The notes: generated by a model not told the origin, from the letters alone. A stretch of DNA of 64,000 nt from an uncultured Bacteroidales bacterium (GCA_963717995.1 CAVQXX010000015.1:1841857-1905856); one strand, 5' to 3'; shown: positions 47,141-56,782, numbered from the stretch's first letter. Translations and numbers: made by a program.

Positions 47141-47210
47141 TTTACGATCTACGATTTACGATTTATGATGTAAGACACCAATCGTAAATCGTATATCGTA
47201 AATCGTAAAT
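47141..47210. terminator. Inverted heptamer arrays (TACGATT x4 / AATCGTA x4) forming a ~30-bp-arm hairpin, probably a bidirectional terminator
   Basis: Left arm 47141-47170 and right arm 47180-47210, with a 9-nt spacer (taagacacc). The arms are complementary except at 3-4 positions. The element fills the 75-nt gap between the convergent genes almost completely. Confidence 0.6.
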
Positions 47211-47215
47211 AATAT

Positions 47216-48253
47216 TTATTCCGCAATATATTTCTTCAATCCTTTGGTGTAATACACCTTAAAATTCCCATTTTCATCGGAGTAAATAAGGTAGGCATCC
47301 AGGAACCTGTTTTCATTTAGAAATTTTATCGACCGGTCGGTTCCCATGACCATGAATGCAGTTGCATAGGCATCAGCAGTCATACAATCACCTGCAACCA
47401 CGGTAGCGCTGAGAAGATTTGATATCACCGGGTAACCCGTCTTTGGATTAATCGTATGCACATATTTTATTCCGTTCTTCTCATAAAACTTCCTGTAATT
47501 ACCCGATGTTGCCAGGGAATGATCATTCAACTTCACAATGGACTGCAAGTCTGTACCAGGAATATTATTACCATCAACCGGCTTATCAATGCCGATGCGC
47601 CAGTAATCGCCCTGTTCATTTTTTCCCCGGGCACGTACCTCTCCGCCAATTTCAACCATGTAGTTTTTTATTTTCCGTTTATCCAGATAATCTGCAACAA
47701 CATCAACTGAATACCCCTGTGCCAGGGCATTCACATCCAGGGTAACATGGCTGTCGGTTTTCACCAGTGTATCCCCCTGAAGCTTCACCTTTTCCATTCC
47801 TATATATTGCAGCAGACTGTCAATCATAGTGCTGTCCACGTTCAGCGTGTCGGTGGTACCAAATCCAAGGGCATTTATCACAGGAGCTACAGTAATGTCA
47901 AAGGCACCATCTGTTTTTTTGAATACCTCATATGATTTAATGAATACATCAGTGAATTTCTTATCTGCATGTAAACCAGGCTCATTTTTGTTGAACCGTG
48001 TGATCAGTGAAGCAGGCAGGTATGTTGACAGTGATCTGTCAAAATCCGCCAGCATGGAATCCACCGATGTTTTAAGGTCTTCTCCGCTTCTGCTTTCATA
48101 GGTGATATGGTAGGTAGTGCCCTGGGTAAAACCTGCAATCCGCATATACTCCCCTTTTTTGTGTGAACGACTGATTAGGAAAACAACAAGGAGGATAGCA
48201 GCGATTATGATAAGCTGCAGATAAAGTTTTTTGAATTTACGCGGTGAAGCCAT
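47216..48253 (-). CDS. apbE: FAD:protein FMN transferase (ApbE family)
   Basis: 'AFDITV', 'ALAQGYSVD', 'MVEIGGEV', 'SLATSGNYRKF' and 'HTINPKTGYP'. Confidence 0.92.
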   Translation of the reverse strand: MASPRKFKKLYLQLIIIAAILLVVFLISRSHKKGEYMRIAGFTQGTTYHITYESRSGEDLKTSVDSMLADFDRSLSTYLPASLITRFNKNEPGLHADKKFTDVFIKSYEVFKKTDGAFDITVAPVINALGFGTTDTLNVDSTMIDSLLQYIGMEKVKLQGDTLVKTDSHVTLDVNALAQGYSVDVVADYLDKRKIKNYMVEIGGEVRARGKNEQGDYWRIGIDKPVDGNNIPGTDLQSIVKLNDHSLATSGNYRKFYEKNGIKYVHTINPKTGYPVISNLLSATVVAGDCMTADAYATAFMVMGTDRSIKFLNENRFLDAYLIYSDENGNFKVYYTKGLKKYIAE

Positions 48254-48285
48254 GAATTGAATGTTTTTTGAAAAACAAAAATAGG

Positions 48286-48293
48286 TAAATTTG
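48286..48293 (+). promoter_or_regulatory. Candidate -7 box TAAATTTG
   Basis: Exact TAnnTTTG match 20 nt upstream of ATG 48313. This favours ATG 48313 over the ORF-track TTG at 48301. Confidence 0.35.
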
Positions 48294-48312
48294 AATCCCC
48301 TTGAAATTCAAA

Positions 48313-49605
48313 ATGAAAATGTTCCTATCTGCGTTTATATCCATATTTTTTATCCTGTTCACAGCTCCCTTGCTGTCTGCTGAAAGCGGGCAATCTGAAA
48401 AAGAAACCGGTCAATTTAAAAATGAGGTTCTTTCGGACAAAATTCATACGGTTAAGGTGAGAAGTACAACCTGGGAGTTTTCCTTTCCTGTGATTGAACT
48501 TGGATCGGAACAACGTCTCGAGTTGATTTTTGATGAACTTTCGGCCAATCAGCATACATATGGTTACACAATGGTTCATTGCGATGCAAACTGGAATGAA
48601 TCTGATCTTCAGAAGCAGGAATACCTGTCGGGTTTGGGAGAAGGTACCATCCGGGAATCAGATCCTTCCTATAATACAACCTATGATTATACCCACTACA
48701 GGCTTGAATTTCCCGAAGAGGACTGCATACCTGTTCTCAGTGGAAATTATGCCCTCGTAGTCTATGAAGCCGATGTTCCCGATAAAGTAATCCTTACACA
48801 CCGTTTTTATGTGGTTGAAAAAGCTGTTCAGCTTACAGGTCACGTGCAGCAGGCACCCTCCGGTGAATTCCGCGAGACATCGCAACGGGTTGTATTTAGA
48901 ATGGATTATTCCGGATTACCGGTACAGGATCCGATGAGGGATTTTACAATCGTGATCCGCCAAAATGGTTGTGATAATAACAGCATCAGAAACATGAAAC
49001 CCTCTTCCATTACAAGTGGGAAAATTGAGTTTGACAGACTGGATGAGGGAATATTCAATGCCGGGAATGAATACAGAACCCTGGATCTGAAAAGCATGAA
49101 ATACCAGACCGAAAATATAGCCGCCATTGATTTTCAAAATCCTCACTTTCATGTTTACCTGAAGCCGGATAAAAGCAGGGATGGCAATCCATATTTCAGC
49201 AAGGCTGATCTGAACGGGCAGTATTTCATAAATCAGGAAAAGGCCCGGAATAAACATATTGAGGCAGATTACATATTTGTCCATTTTACACTGGCGGAAC
49301 CCTATCCCCTGCCTGAAGATGTATTTGTGACCGGGGAACTTACCGGCTGGGCTTCTTCAGCTTCCGGCAAAATGCAATATAATGCAGATAAGGGTTTCTA
49401 TGAGTGCACGCTGTTGCTGAAACAGGGCCTCTATGATTATGCTTATTGTACAACAGATAAAAAGACCGGCCGGACAAACGAGGAAGTATTCGAGGGAAGC
49501 TTTTACGAAACGGGTAATGACTATGAGATATATGTATATTTACACGACAGCCGAAGTCAGTTTGACCGGCTGATCGGATATCTTCCTTTAAAAACAGGGA
49601 AATAA
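48313..49605 (+). CDS. Secreted hypothetical protein with a C-terminal AMPK-beta/CBM48-like (E-set) module (possibly DUF5103-like)
   Basis: Signal peptide 'MKMFLSAFISIFFILFTAPLLSAE'. The C-terminal 'VFVTGELTGWASSASGKMQYNADKGFYECTLLLKQGLYDYAY' fits the G.F..W...M......F...L.L..G.Y.Y pattern of glycogen-binding-type modules. The family name is uncertain. Confidence 0.5.
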   Translation: MKMFLSAFISIFFILFTAPLLSAESGQSEKETGQFKNEVLSDKIHTVKVRSTTWEFSFPVIELGSEQRLELIFDELSANQHTYGYTMVHCDANWNESDLQKQEYLSGLGEGTIRESDPSYNTTYDYTHYRLEFPEEDCIPVLSGNYALVVYEADVPDKVILTHRFYVVEKAVQLTGHVQQAPSGEFRETSQRVVFRMDYSGLPVQDPMRDFTIVIRQNGCDNNSIRNMKPSSITSGKIEFDRLDEGIFNAGNEYRTLDLKSMKYQTENIAAIDFQNPHFHVYLKPDKSRDGNPYFSKADLNGQYFINQEKARNKHIEADYIFVHFTLAEPYPLPEDVFVTGELTGWASSASGKMQYNADKGFYECTLLLKQGLYDYAYCTTDKKTGRTNEEVFEGSFYETGNDYEIYVYLHDSRSQFDRLIGYLPLKTGK

Positions 49606-49815
49606 CCTTACACTTTATTTTTACTATGCCATGGTAAAAGACGAAAGTTTCGTAAAGCGTTTTTCCGAAAAGGCGTTGCTCAGTCTGAGTGTGGCTGCCC
49701 TTAGATTTGGCGTAGAATTTATCCTGCGCAGATTCATGGGAATTGAGGTATAATCCGGGTTCAACGTCCTTCTTTTTTTTGTATATTTCAGCTATGAATT
49801 ATAAATTCAATTCCC

Positions 49816-52272
49816 ATGAACAGCATTATCCTTCGTTCCTTGCGCCTGGTTTTCCCCCTGTCGTTTCTTATTTTGGCCGGATGTAATACGTCCAGCCGTT
49901 TTGATTCCGTCAAACGTGATCAGTCATTCAATGCAGAATGGATGTTTGTACTTGACAGTATGGCTTCAGGGCTGGAACAGCCTGCATTTGATGATTCACA
50001 ATGGCAGAAGGTAGACCTTCCCCATGACTGGAGCATCATGGGCATCAGGGATACCGGACACATAGGACCTTTTTCCAGAAGAAGTCCGGGTGCCACCGCC
50101 ACCGGTTATGTGCTGGGCGGAATCGGATGGTACAGGAAGCATTTTACCCTCGACAAAAAAGACCAGGGGAAAACGGCTATTCTCTGTTTTGATGGTGTTT
50201 ATATGGAATCCACTGTATGGGTCAATGGAAAAAAAGCCGGAAATCATACCTATGGATATACACCATTCTGGTTCGATATTACATCCCTTCTAAATCCGGC
50301 AGGAAAAGAAAACATCATTGCCGTGAAAGTAGAAAATACAGGACGTAACAGCAGGTGGTATTCCGGTTCCGGCATTTACAGGAACGTAAAGCTAACATTG
50401 GTAGAGCCAGTGCATGTGTCGGTATGGGGAGCGTTTGCATCGTCAAAAATTGTTGCCGATACCCTCGCCAGGATAACATTTGATGTATCTGTACAGAATG
50501 ATGCACAAAACGATGCCGGTATAAAAATAACTACAAGGGTCCTTGGACCGGATAAGAGGGATGCCGGGAAAATAATAAGTACTGGCAACGTTAAATCAAA
50601 AAACCAGGTGGAAATTACCCAGTCGGTTGATATTTTAAAACCCATTTTATGGTCGGTTGAATCCCCTGAATTGTATACTGCTGAAATTGAAATTGAAACC
50701 GGTGGCAAAGTAACTGACCGGTACAATATAGCCTTCGGCATACGCACCATTGAAGTCTCCGCAGAAAAAGGATTTTTGCTGAATGGCAAACCGCTGGAAC
50801 TTAAAGGCGGCTGCCTGCATCACGATAATGGTTTGCTGGGTTCCGCCGCCTTCGACCGGGCTGAGGAACGGCGGGTAGAGATCATGAAAGCCAACGGATT
50901 CAATGCCATTCGCACCAGTCATAACCCTCCCTCTGAAGCCTTTCTGGACGCCTGCGACCGGCTGGGAATGATCGTGATCGATGAAACTTATGACATGTGG
51001 GAAAAACCCAAAAATCCACAGGATTATCATCGTTTTTTCAAAGATTGGTGGCAAAAGGATGTAGAAGCTATGATCCTGCGTGACCGCAACCATCCTTCCG
51101 TTGTATTCTGGAGTATTGGAAATGAAATACCCGAACGTGCTGATACTAGCGGCATTCGTATTGCCAAATCCCTCATATCGTTCATCCGTACCCTTGACAC
51201 AACCCGCTTTATTACGAATGCCATCTGCGAATTCTGGGATCAGCCGGGCAGAAAATGGGAAACCACGGCACCGGCATTTGAACTTCTCAACGTGGGTGGC
51301 TATAATTACCAGTGGAAAAGATATGAAGATGATCACAAGGCTTTCCCCACGCGCATTATGATGGGAACTGAATCATTTCCTTTAGAAGCTTATGAGAACT
51401 GGCAGCAGGTAGTGAACAACCCATGGGTGATCGGCGACTTTGTATGGACGGGCATGGATTACCTGGGAGAAACCGGAATTGGACATACACAAAATCTTAC
51501 GCCAAAAGACAAGGATGTTTTTGCAATGACCTGGCCCTGGTTCAATGCGTGGTGCGGGGATATTGACATTACCGGCAATAAAAAGCCACAGATGCTCTAC
51601 AAGGATGTTATATGGGGAAACAGCCAGCTTGAAATGAATGTCCATGCGCCGGTTCCTGAAGGCAAGACCGAAAAAATCAGCTGGTGGGGATGGTATGATG
51701 AATACCCCAGCTGGAACTGGAATGGAAATGAAGATAAGCTTTTGCAGGTATCTGTATACTCTGCAGGGGACTCTGTCAGGCTTGAGCTGAATGGCCGCGT
51801 GATCGGCCAGAAGGAGGTCTCGGCTGCAACGAAACTGAAAGCTGTCTTTGATGTACCCTATGAACCCGGGGAAATAAAAGCAATTGCGCTTGCAAACGGG
51901 AAAGAGATCGCTGAAAAATTCTTGAAAACAACCGGCACACCTGCGGCCTTGAAACTCACTCCCGACCGCAATCCAATCCGGGCCGACCGCAATGATCTTT
52001 GTTTTGTAACGATTGAAGTGGTGGATGAATTCGGGCAGCTTGTTACAGATGCAGCCCTAACGGTTAATCTTTCATTTTCAGGAAGCGGTGAGCTTATCGG
52101 CAGCGGAAATGCCTGCCCCTTTGATATGGAAAGTGTAGGAAACCTGGCAGTAAAAACATACAGGGGAAGGGCACAAGCAATTCTTCGCCCATTTTCGAAA
52201 GCGGGGACAATTACTATGAATGTAACTTCCGGAAATCTGCAAAAAGGAGTAATGGAATTGAAAACGGAATAA
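49816..52272 (+). CDS. Glycoside hydrolase family 2 (beta-galactosidase-like) lipoprotein, paralog of 11574-14027
   Basis: Lipobox 'FLILAGCN', 'HDWSIMG', 'NHPSVVFWSIGNE', and a C-terminal Ig-like domain similar to that of the other copy. Confidence 0.9.
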   Translation: MNSIILRSLRLVFPLSFLILAGCNTSSRFDSVKRDQSFNAEWMFVLDSMASGLEQPAFDDSQWQKVDLPHDWSIMGIRDTGHIGPFSRRSPGATATGYVLGGIGWYRKHFTLDKKDQGKTAILCFDGVYMESTVWVNGKKAGNHTYGYTPFWFDITSLLNPAGKENIIAVKVENTGRNSRWYSGSGIYRNVKLTLVEPVHVSVWGAFASSKIVADTLARITFDVSVQNDAQNDAGIKITTRVLGPDKRDAGKIISTGNVKSKNQVEITQSVDILKPILWSVESPELYTAEIEIETGGKVTDRYNIAFGIRTIEVSAEKGFLLNGKPLELKGGCLHHDNGLLGSAAFDRAEERRVEIMKANGFNAIRTSHNPPSEAFLDACDRLGMIVIDETYDMWEKPKNPQDYHRFFKDWWQKDVEAMILRDRNHPSVVFWSIGNEIPERADTSGIRIAKSLISFIRTLDTTRFITNAICEFWDQPGRKWETTAPAFELLNVGGYNYQWKRYEDDHKAFPTRIMMGTESFPLEAYENWQQVVNNPWVIGDFVWTGMDYLGETGIGHTQNLTPKDKDVFAMTWPWFNAWCGDIDITGNKKPQMLYKDVIWGNSQLEMNVHAPVPEGKTEKISWWGWYDEYPSWNWNGNEDKLLQVSVYSAGDSVRLELNGRVIGQKEVSAATKLKAVFDVPYEPGEIKAIALANGKEIAEKFLKTTGTPAALKLTPDRNPIRADRNDLCFVTIEVVDEFGQLVTDAALTVNLSFSGSGELIGSGNACPFDMESVGNLAVKTYRGRAQAILRPFSKAGTITMNVTSGNLQKGVMELKTE

Positions 52273-52279
52273 AGACTCG

Positions 52280-52861
52280 TCACTTCTTCCCCCATCGCAT
52301 CGCCTTTATCCAGTCCCCGGCTTCGGAAGAGGATATCAGTTCGTCAAGCCTTTTCAGCTGAGTATCTTTGAGTTTGGCACTCAGCACCCACCGGATGGTT
52401 ATTTTGCGATAGGAAGGCGCCTGTGACTGGAAATACTGCCAGGCGGCAACATTTTTAATGAATTCATCGGCCATTTCTTTCGGCAAATGGAATTCATTAA
52501 CGTTCTCATAACTATATATACGTGATTTGCTGTCCTTTCTTTTTGAATAAGCTGCCAGTCCAGCTTCCGTCATTCTTCCGGACCGTATCAGGTTCTCCAT
52601 TTTTTCAATGTTCACAGCGCTCCAGTTGCTTCCTGGTTTTCGTGGCGTAAACCGGATACTGTAACCCTCTTCATCAATTGATCTCCTGATGCTGTCAATC
52701 CATCCAAAGCAAAGCGCCTCATCAACTGATTCACTCCAGGTTATAGTCGCCTTTTTTGTCGCGGTTTTATAAAAACCAACCAGCAACTCAGTGGCTTTTA
52801 GGTGGTTTTCTTCATACCACTTTCTCAGCGATTCCGTGTTTGGAAAAAAAATTGGCTCCAT
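52280..52861 (-). CDS. YdeI/OmpD-associated family protein
   Basis: 'LRKWYEENH', 'EALCFGWIDS.RRSIDEEGYSIRFTPRK..S.WS..N', and a C-terminal helical region. Convergent with GH2, with a 7-nt gap. Confidence 0.7.
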   Translation of the reverse strand: MEPIFFPNTESLRKWYEENHLKATELLVGFYKTATKKATITWSESVDEALCFGWIDSIRRSIDEEGYSIRFTPRKPGSNWSAVNIEKMENLIRSGRMTEAGLAAYSKRKDSKSRIYSYENVNEFHLPKEMADEFIKNVAAWQYFQSQAPSYRKITIRWVLSAKLKDTQLKRLDELISSSEAGDWIKAMRWGKK

Positions 52862-52890
52862 AATTCATACACCCCGACGGGGTGGCAGGT

Positions 52891-54849
52891 TTATCCCTTT
52901 GTGAGAATAATCGTTTTTTTATTGAAGTCGGCAGCAGCATTGATCACCTTTCTGAATGCCTCAAAACGGTCTGCCGGATAATCGTTTTCGGTATAGTATT
53001 CACGCGAATAGACAATAAGTTTATTTCCCGAAACCTCATACCATGATGTGAAACAACAACTTAATCTGCCATTGTTCTGCATTTCGACGTTCATATTAAG
53101 ATCAGACAGGTTAGATATTGTATATCCTTCAGGTATGTTAAAAATCAATTTACGGAAATAGTTGTGCACCGCATCCACTACAATCGGAAGTTTCCGCTTT
53201 GTTTCCTGGTACAACTCCGATTGTTCCCCGATGGTTTCCCCTATCTTAACGATCATTTCATTCCCGGCCTGTTCAACAAGCGAATTGGCTGTTAAATCCA
53301 CATTCAACTGCAGCGGATTGACTGCGATATCCGATTGACTTTCATGAGTGACTTTATATGAGTTAATCGTTGTATTCTGGTTTCCCATGTTAAAGATCTC
53401 GCTGATCATATTCTGATGTCTCTCTTCATTCATATAACCCCAGAATGATTGAATTGATGCAGCCCATTCCCCATAAAATACCCTGTAAATGCTAGCATCC
53501 AGATTCAATTTGGATAAATTCAGCGAAAGATCCACAACCATTGTATCTGCATTCATCTCGTATGAATCCACAGGTAATCGTTTTACCTCATAAGCCAGGG
53601 TTTTCAGTTTTTCCCCGTATGATATGGGATGAAGGAATAAACCATAGGATCCCTGGTAAGCTGAAGGATTGATTCCCAGTCGGTACACCGGGTTCTCAGG
53701 CAGAATGAACTGATTCAATTCAGGAAAATAGATCAGGTAATCTTCGAGATAATTAAAACCATTAAAATCAGGATCAAAGGTCCGCTCACTCTTATCACAG
53801 GTAGCAACAAGCTCAAAATTTAATCCCGCCTCATTTAAAAGGGCTACCATGATCCGGAGGGCCCCTGACTTGGTGGTTTGCTTTAATTTAATCATCTGAA
53901 CAATATCTGGTGCACTGGTCAACTCTTCAGAGACTGCGATCTCCGTTTTAACCCAATCTTCAATTTTCCGGGCTATCTGTCTGTTGTCAAGTCCCGTTAA
54001 TTTTAGTTTCTTAATGACCGATTTGGCGGCTGACTTTTCATTCTTGCCAAGCTCATATACATTTTCATACAGATTTGCCGATATCCTGGTAAATGAATAG
54101 GTTCTGAAAAGGGTGTTGTAATTATTATAGGCAAGGGTAAATTCATACCTCTGCAAGTTGGCTTTATATGCCGCATATTTTTCTGACAATAGTGAAGGAA
54201 TTACGGCTACATCTGCCTGCAGCCAGGTTTTTCCGGTAAGGGTATCTGTCTTGCTTGTAAATGCCGGAAAACCATTATAACTTTTTACAAAGTATTCTAA
54301 TTTAGACGGATAAACAAATATGACCTGCACATTCGTCCTGGGCTGTTCACCCTGAATAACCTGTGTGCCATACGGACTGTACTTTTTACGAAGTTTGTAA
54401 TAATATTCGATCTCTCCCCCGGTTTCAGCACCCTCAATGGCAAATGATTTATAGTCCCCTTTGTTTTCGAGGTTTTCAACCTGGTGAATACTTTCCTTAG
54501 GTAATTCGGTTATTTTTCCTTCGGGAGATATAAACCTTGCCCTTATATCAAGGATCTCAATGACATTACTAACCGGGACATATATTTTGTTGAAGTCATT
54601 GACTGCTTCATGCGTCATCACCCTGATCTTGCGGTGAAATATCCCGATCTCCTCAAATATGTTATCCTTGTTGGCATATACATCAGTTATGCGACGTTCT
54701 AATGTTATTACTGACCCGTTCACTGCCTTCACCGTATCGATCTCCTTTGCCGGCGGAAAAGTGGACCAGTTATATCCTGAATATTCAGGTACCTGCCCGG
54801 TAAGCCATGTACAAAAAATTATAAAAAGAGATATTAATATGTTTTTCAT
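52891..54849 (-). CDS. DUF3857-like plus degenerate transglutaminase-like domain protein (catalytic Cys, His and Asp not conserved)
   Basis: It has a signal peptide and is collinear with the 640-aa neighbour. The position of 'YGDCKD' is 'TKSGAL', and the 'DHMIAVW...ILDGT' region is 'EDYLIYF...FILPEN'. Confidence 0.6.
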   Translation of the reverse strand: MKNILISLFIIFCTWLTGQVPEYSGYNWSTFPPAKEIDTVKAVNGSVITLERRITDVYANKDNIFEEIGIFHRKIRVMTHEAVNDFNKIYVPVSNVIEILDIRARFISPEGKITELPKESIHQVENLENKGDYKSFAIEGAETGGEIEYYYKLRKKYSPYGTQVIQGEQPRTNVQVIFVYPSKLEYFVKSYNGFPAFTSKTDTLTGKTWLQADVAVIPSLLSEKYAAYKANLQRYEFTLAYNNYNTLFRTYSFTRISANLYENVYELGKNEKSAAKSVIKKLKLTGLDNRQIARKIEDWVKTEIAVSEELTSAPDIVQMIKLKQTTKSGALRIMVALLNEAGLNFELVATCDKSERTFDPDFNGFNYLEDYLIYFPELNQFILPENPVYRLGINPSAYQGSYGLFLHPISYGEKLKTLAYEVKRLPVDSYEMNADTMVVDLSLNLSKLNLDASIYRVFYGEWAASIQSFWGYMNEERHQNMISEIFNMGNQNTTINSYKVTHESQSDIAVNPLQLNVDLTANSLVEQAGNEMIVKIGETIGEQSELYQETKRKLPIVVDAVHNYFRKLIFNIPEGYTISNLSDLNMNVEMQNNGRLSCCFTSWYEVSGNKLIVYSREYYTENDYPADRFEAFRKVINAAADFNKKTIILTKG

Positions 54850-56768
54850 AGTGTTTCTGATTTTTCTAAAGGCAGGGTCCTGGAATAATTGTGGTTCAGT
54901 AGCGACAACATCTCCCGGAATGCATTCAGATCGGGTCCGTCAATAACCTGGAAGTTAATCGTGACCTTTGAACTTAGTACAATCCTCCCGGTATCCCCCG
55001 AATACTTTTCCTTAAAGCTAAAACCGGGATGATCATAAGCTGTACCTTCCGGCAGCTGATTGACCCTGAGTCCGCCGGGGACCTCCATGGAACATACAAA
55101 AGAATGGTCAAGTGTCATTTCTGATTCCAGCGGCATCCACCTGTCTTCACGAACGATAAGTTTTTGAAGGAACCTGTCGAGGTATAAATTAATGTAAGTA
55201 TTCTGTTTGGTTTTAACCAAATAATCAGGCAGGTTGAAGTCGTACTCAATTGAAAATGGAGCATCAATATCATAAATATTCGAAATTCTCACCGACCGGA
55301 TGCTCGTTTTATTGCTGGCCATCGGCAAATGCCTCATAACGATTTCCTTCCATGCAGAAGAATCTTTCCCTTCAAATTCATAAATAATATCTGCTTTTGA
55401 TTCTCCTTCAAAACGTGCATATCCCCTGCCCCGGACAGTGTCCCCCTGCAGTGAGATCGAAAGTGAATCGTATACCGCATTATGAACTGGCGCAGCAACA
55501 GGAATTGTGTACAGATAATATTCATCTTTCCCCTTTTCAATAAGGCATTCCTTACCCTGGATAAAGGCAGGCACGCTTTCCATACTATGACTGTAGGTTG
55601 TTCCGTCAAGTATTACGGGTGTATCATTATCATCCCACCACACCGCGATCATGTGATCATCATCAACAAGAGAAGCAAATTCTGAATATTTATAGGGCAG
55701 ATGCCTTGATCCGATCCATGCATAACTTGCTTTCAGGCCCTGCGACCTGATCATGGCAACTAATATGCTGGTCTTGTCCTTGCAATCACCATAACGGCGT
55801 TTAAGCACCAGTGAGGCCTCGCGAGGTACAAACCCGTTATCACCATCCTCAATGGCAATATACTTAATGTTTTTCTGCACCCATTTAAAAATGGACCTTA
55901 CTTTTTCCCGCCCGCTCATCGCCTGGTTTGTGATGGAGTCGGCCAGAGTCTTGATATCGGCTGAGGGATTGGTTTGCAGATTAGTTACATTGGAATAATT
56001 AAAGGCATATAAATCCTTTAGTGTACCGATTACAGGCGTATATGTGTTATTCACCGTATATCCGGCCAGCTGAATGATCAGGTGGGGAAGGAAATAGCGC
56101 AATCCCGGCGCCTCCGAATCCCTGTCATAGCATTTTGGATTTGAAGCCTGCCATTGGTAGATTACCTTATCTCCTTTTGACGTTTTTTTAAACTGCACTA
56201 TACTGGTGTCTTTTCCGAATAACTTGAAACTGATTTGAATTGTCTTCGGACACGTAAGCGTAATGATCATGTTTTCAGACGGAATTCTACCTCCAAAGTC
56301 GAACATGACCGGCATGTAGACCGAACTGTTAGTTGCTGTATATTTTGTGACCAGCCTGGCGCCTTTCACTACTGAAGGAAACGTAAATCCATAGGCGTAC
56401 TGATCATCATAAAATACACTGTTATCAATTTCCATTGATTTTTTAAAGGTCTCAACAGTCAGCTTTTTATATTGATTACGCTCCGGAACCAGACTATAAG
56501 CTTCCAGCTTTTTCATTTCAAGATGACTGCTGAAATATTCCTTTGAATCGGAAAGAAATGAAACATTCTCGCCCAGAACAGTCAATTCTTTATAACTATC
56601 CATGTTAATAACCGGAACATTGTTAACCAGGATGATACTAACGTCGAGTTTCTTTTGACTTACGATAACCGCCTGCTTTGGATATTTTTGCTGCAGATCG
56701 TTTATTTCTGACAGTGATCCTGCCTGTAATCTTCCCCCAGTGCAATGGATTGTGATTCCAATCCCCAA
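54846..56768 (-). CDS. DUF3857-like plus transglutaminase-like cysteine protease/cross-linking domain protein (intact Cys-His-Asp)
   Basis: 'RYGDCKDKTSILVAMIRSQGL' (Cys), 'DDDHMIAVWW' (His) and 'VILDGT' (Asp). The ORF-track start is TTG. A 4-nt ATGA-type overlap with the downstream paralog. Confidence 0.7.
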   Translation of the reverse strand: MGIGITIHCTGGRLQAGSLSEINDLQQKYPKQAVIVSQKKLDVSIILVNNVPVINMDSYKELTVLGENVSFLSDSKEYFSSHLEMKKLEAYSLVPERNQYKKLTVETFKKSMEIDNSVFYDDQYAYGFTFPSVVKGARLVTKYTATNSSVYMPVMFDFGGRIPSENMIITLTCPKTIQISFKLFGKDTSIVQFKKTSKGDKVIYQWQASNPKCYDRDSEAPGLRYFLPHLIIQLAGYTVNNTYTPVIGTLKDLYAFNYSNVTNLQTNPSADIKTLADSITNQAMSGREKVRSIFKWVQKNIKYIAIEDGDNGFVPREASLVLKRRYGDCKDKTSILVAMIRSQGLKASYAWIGSRHLPYKYSEFASLVDDDHMIAVWWDDNDTPVILDGTTYSHSMESVPAFIQGKECLIEKGKDEYYLYTIPVAAPVHNAVYDSLSISLQGDTVRGRGYARFEGESKADIIYEFEGKDSSAWKEIVMRHLPMASNKTSIRSVRISNIYDIDAPFSIEYDFNLPDYLVKTKQNTYINLYLDRFLQKLIVREDRWMPLESEMTLDHSFVCSMEVPGGLRVNQLPEGTAYDHPGFSFKEKYSGDTGRIVLSSKVTINFQVIDGPDLNAFREMLSLLNHNYSRTLPLEKSETL

Positions 56769-56782
56769 CAGGTATATACATT

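Noticed and set aside
49631-49753. 40-aa ORF (MVKDESFVKRFSEKALLSLSVAALRFGVEFILRRFMGIEV) in the 210-nt spacer upstream of the second GH2
   Set aside because: It is below any confidence threshold, with no obvious promoter box and no recognisable family. It may be a remnant or chance ORF, and only Ribo-seq or conservation analysis could rescue it.
50647-51336. 229-aa ORF antisense to the GH2 gene 49816-52272
   Set aside because: It is fully embedded opposite a strongly supported CDS. It has no recognisable motifs and is a typical shadow ORF. The same reasoning applies to 50376-50789, 51858-52295 and 13624-14073.
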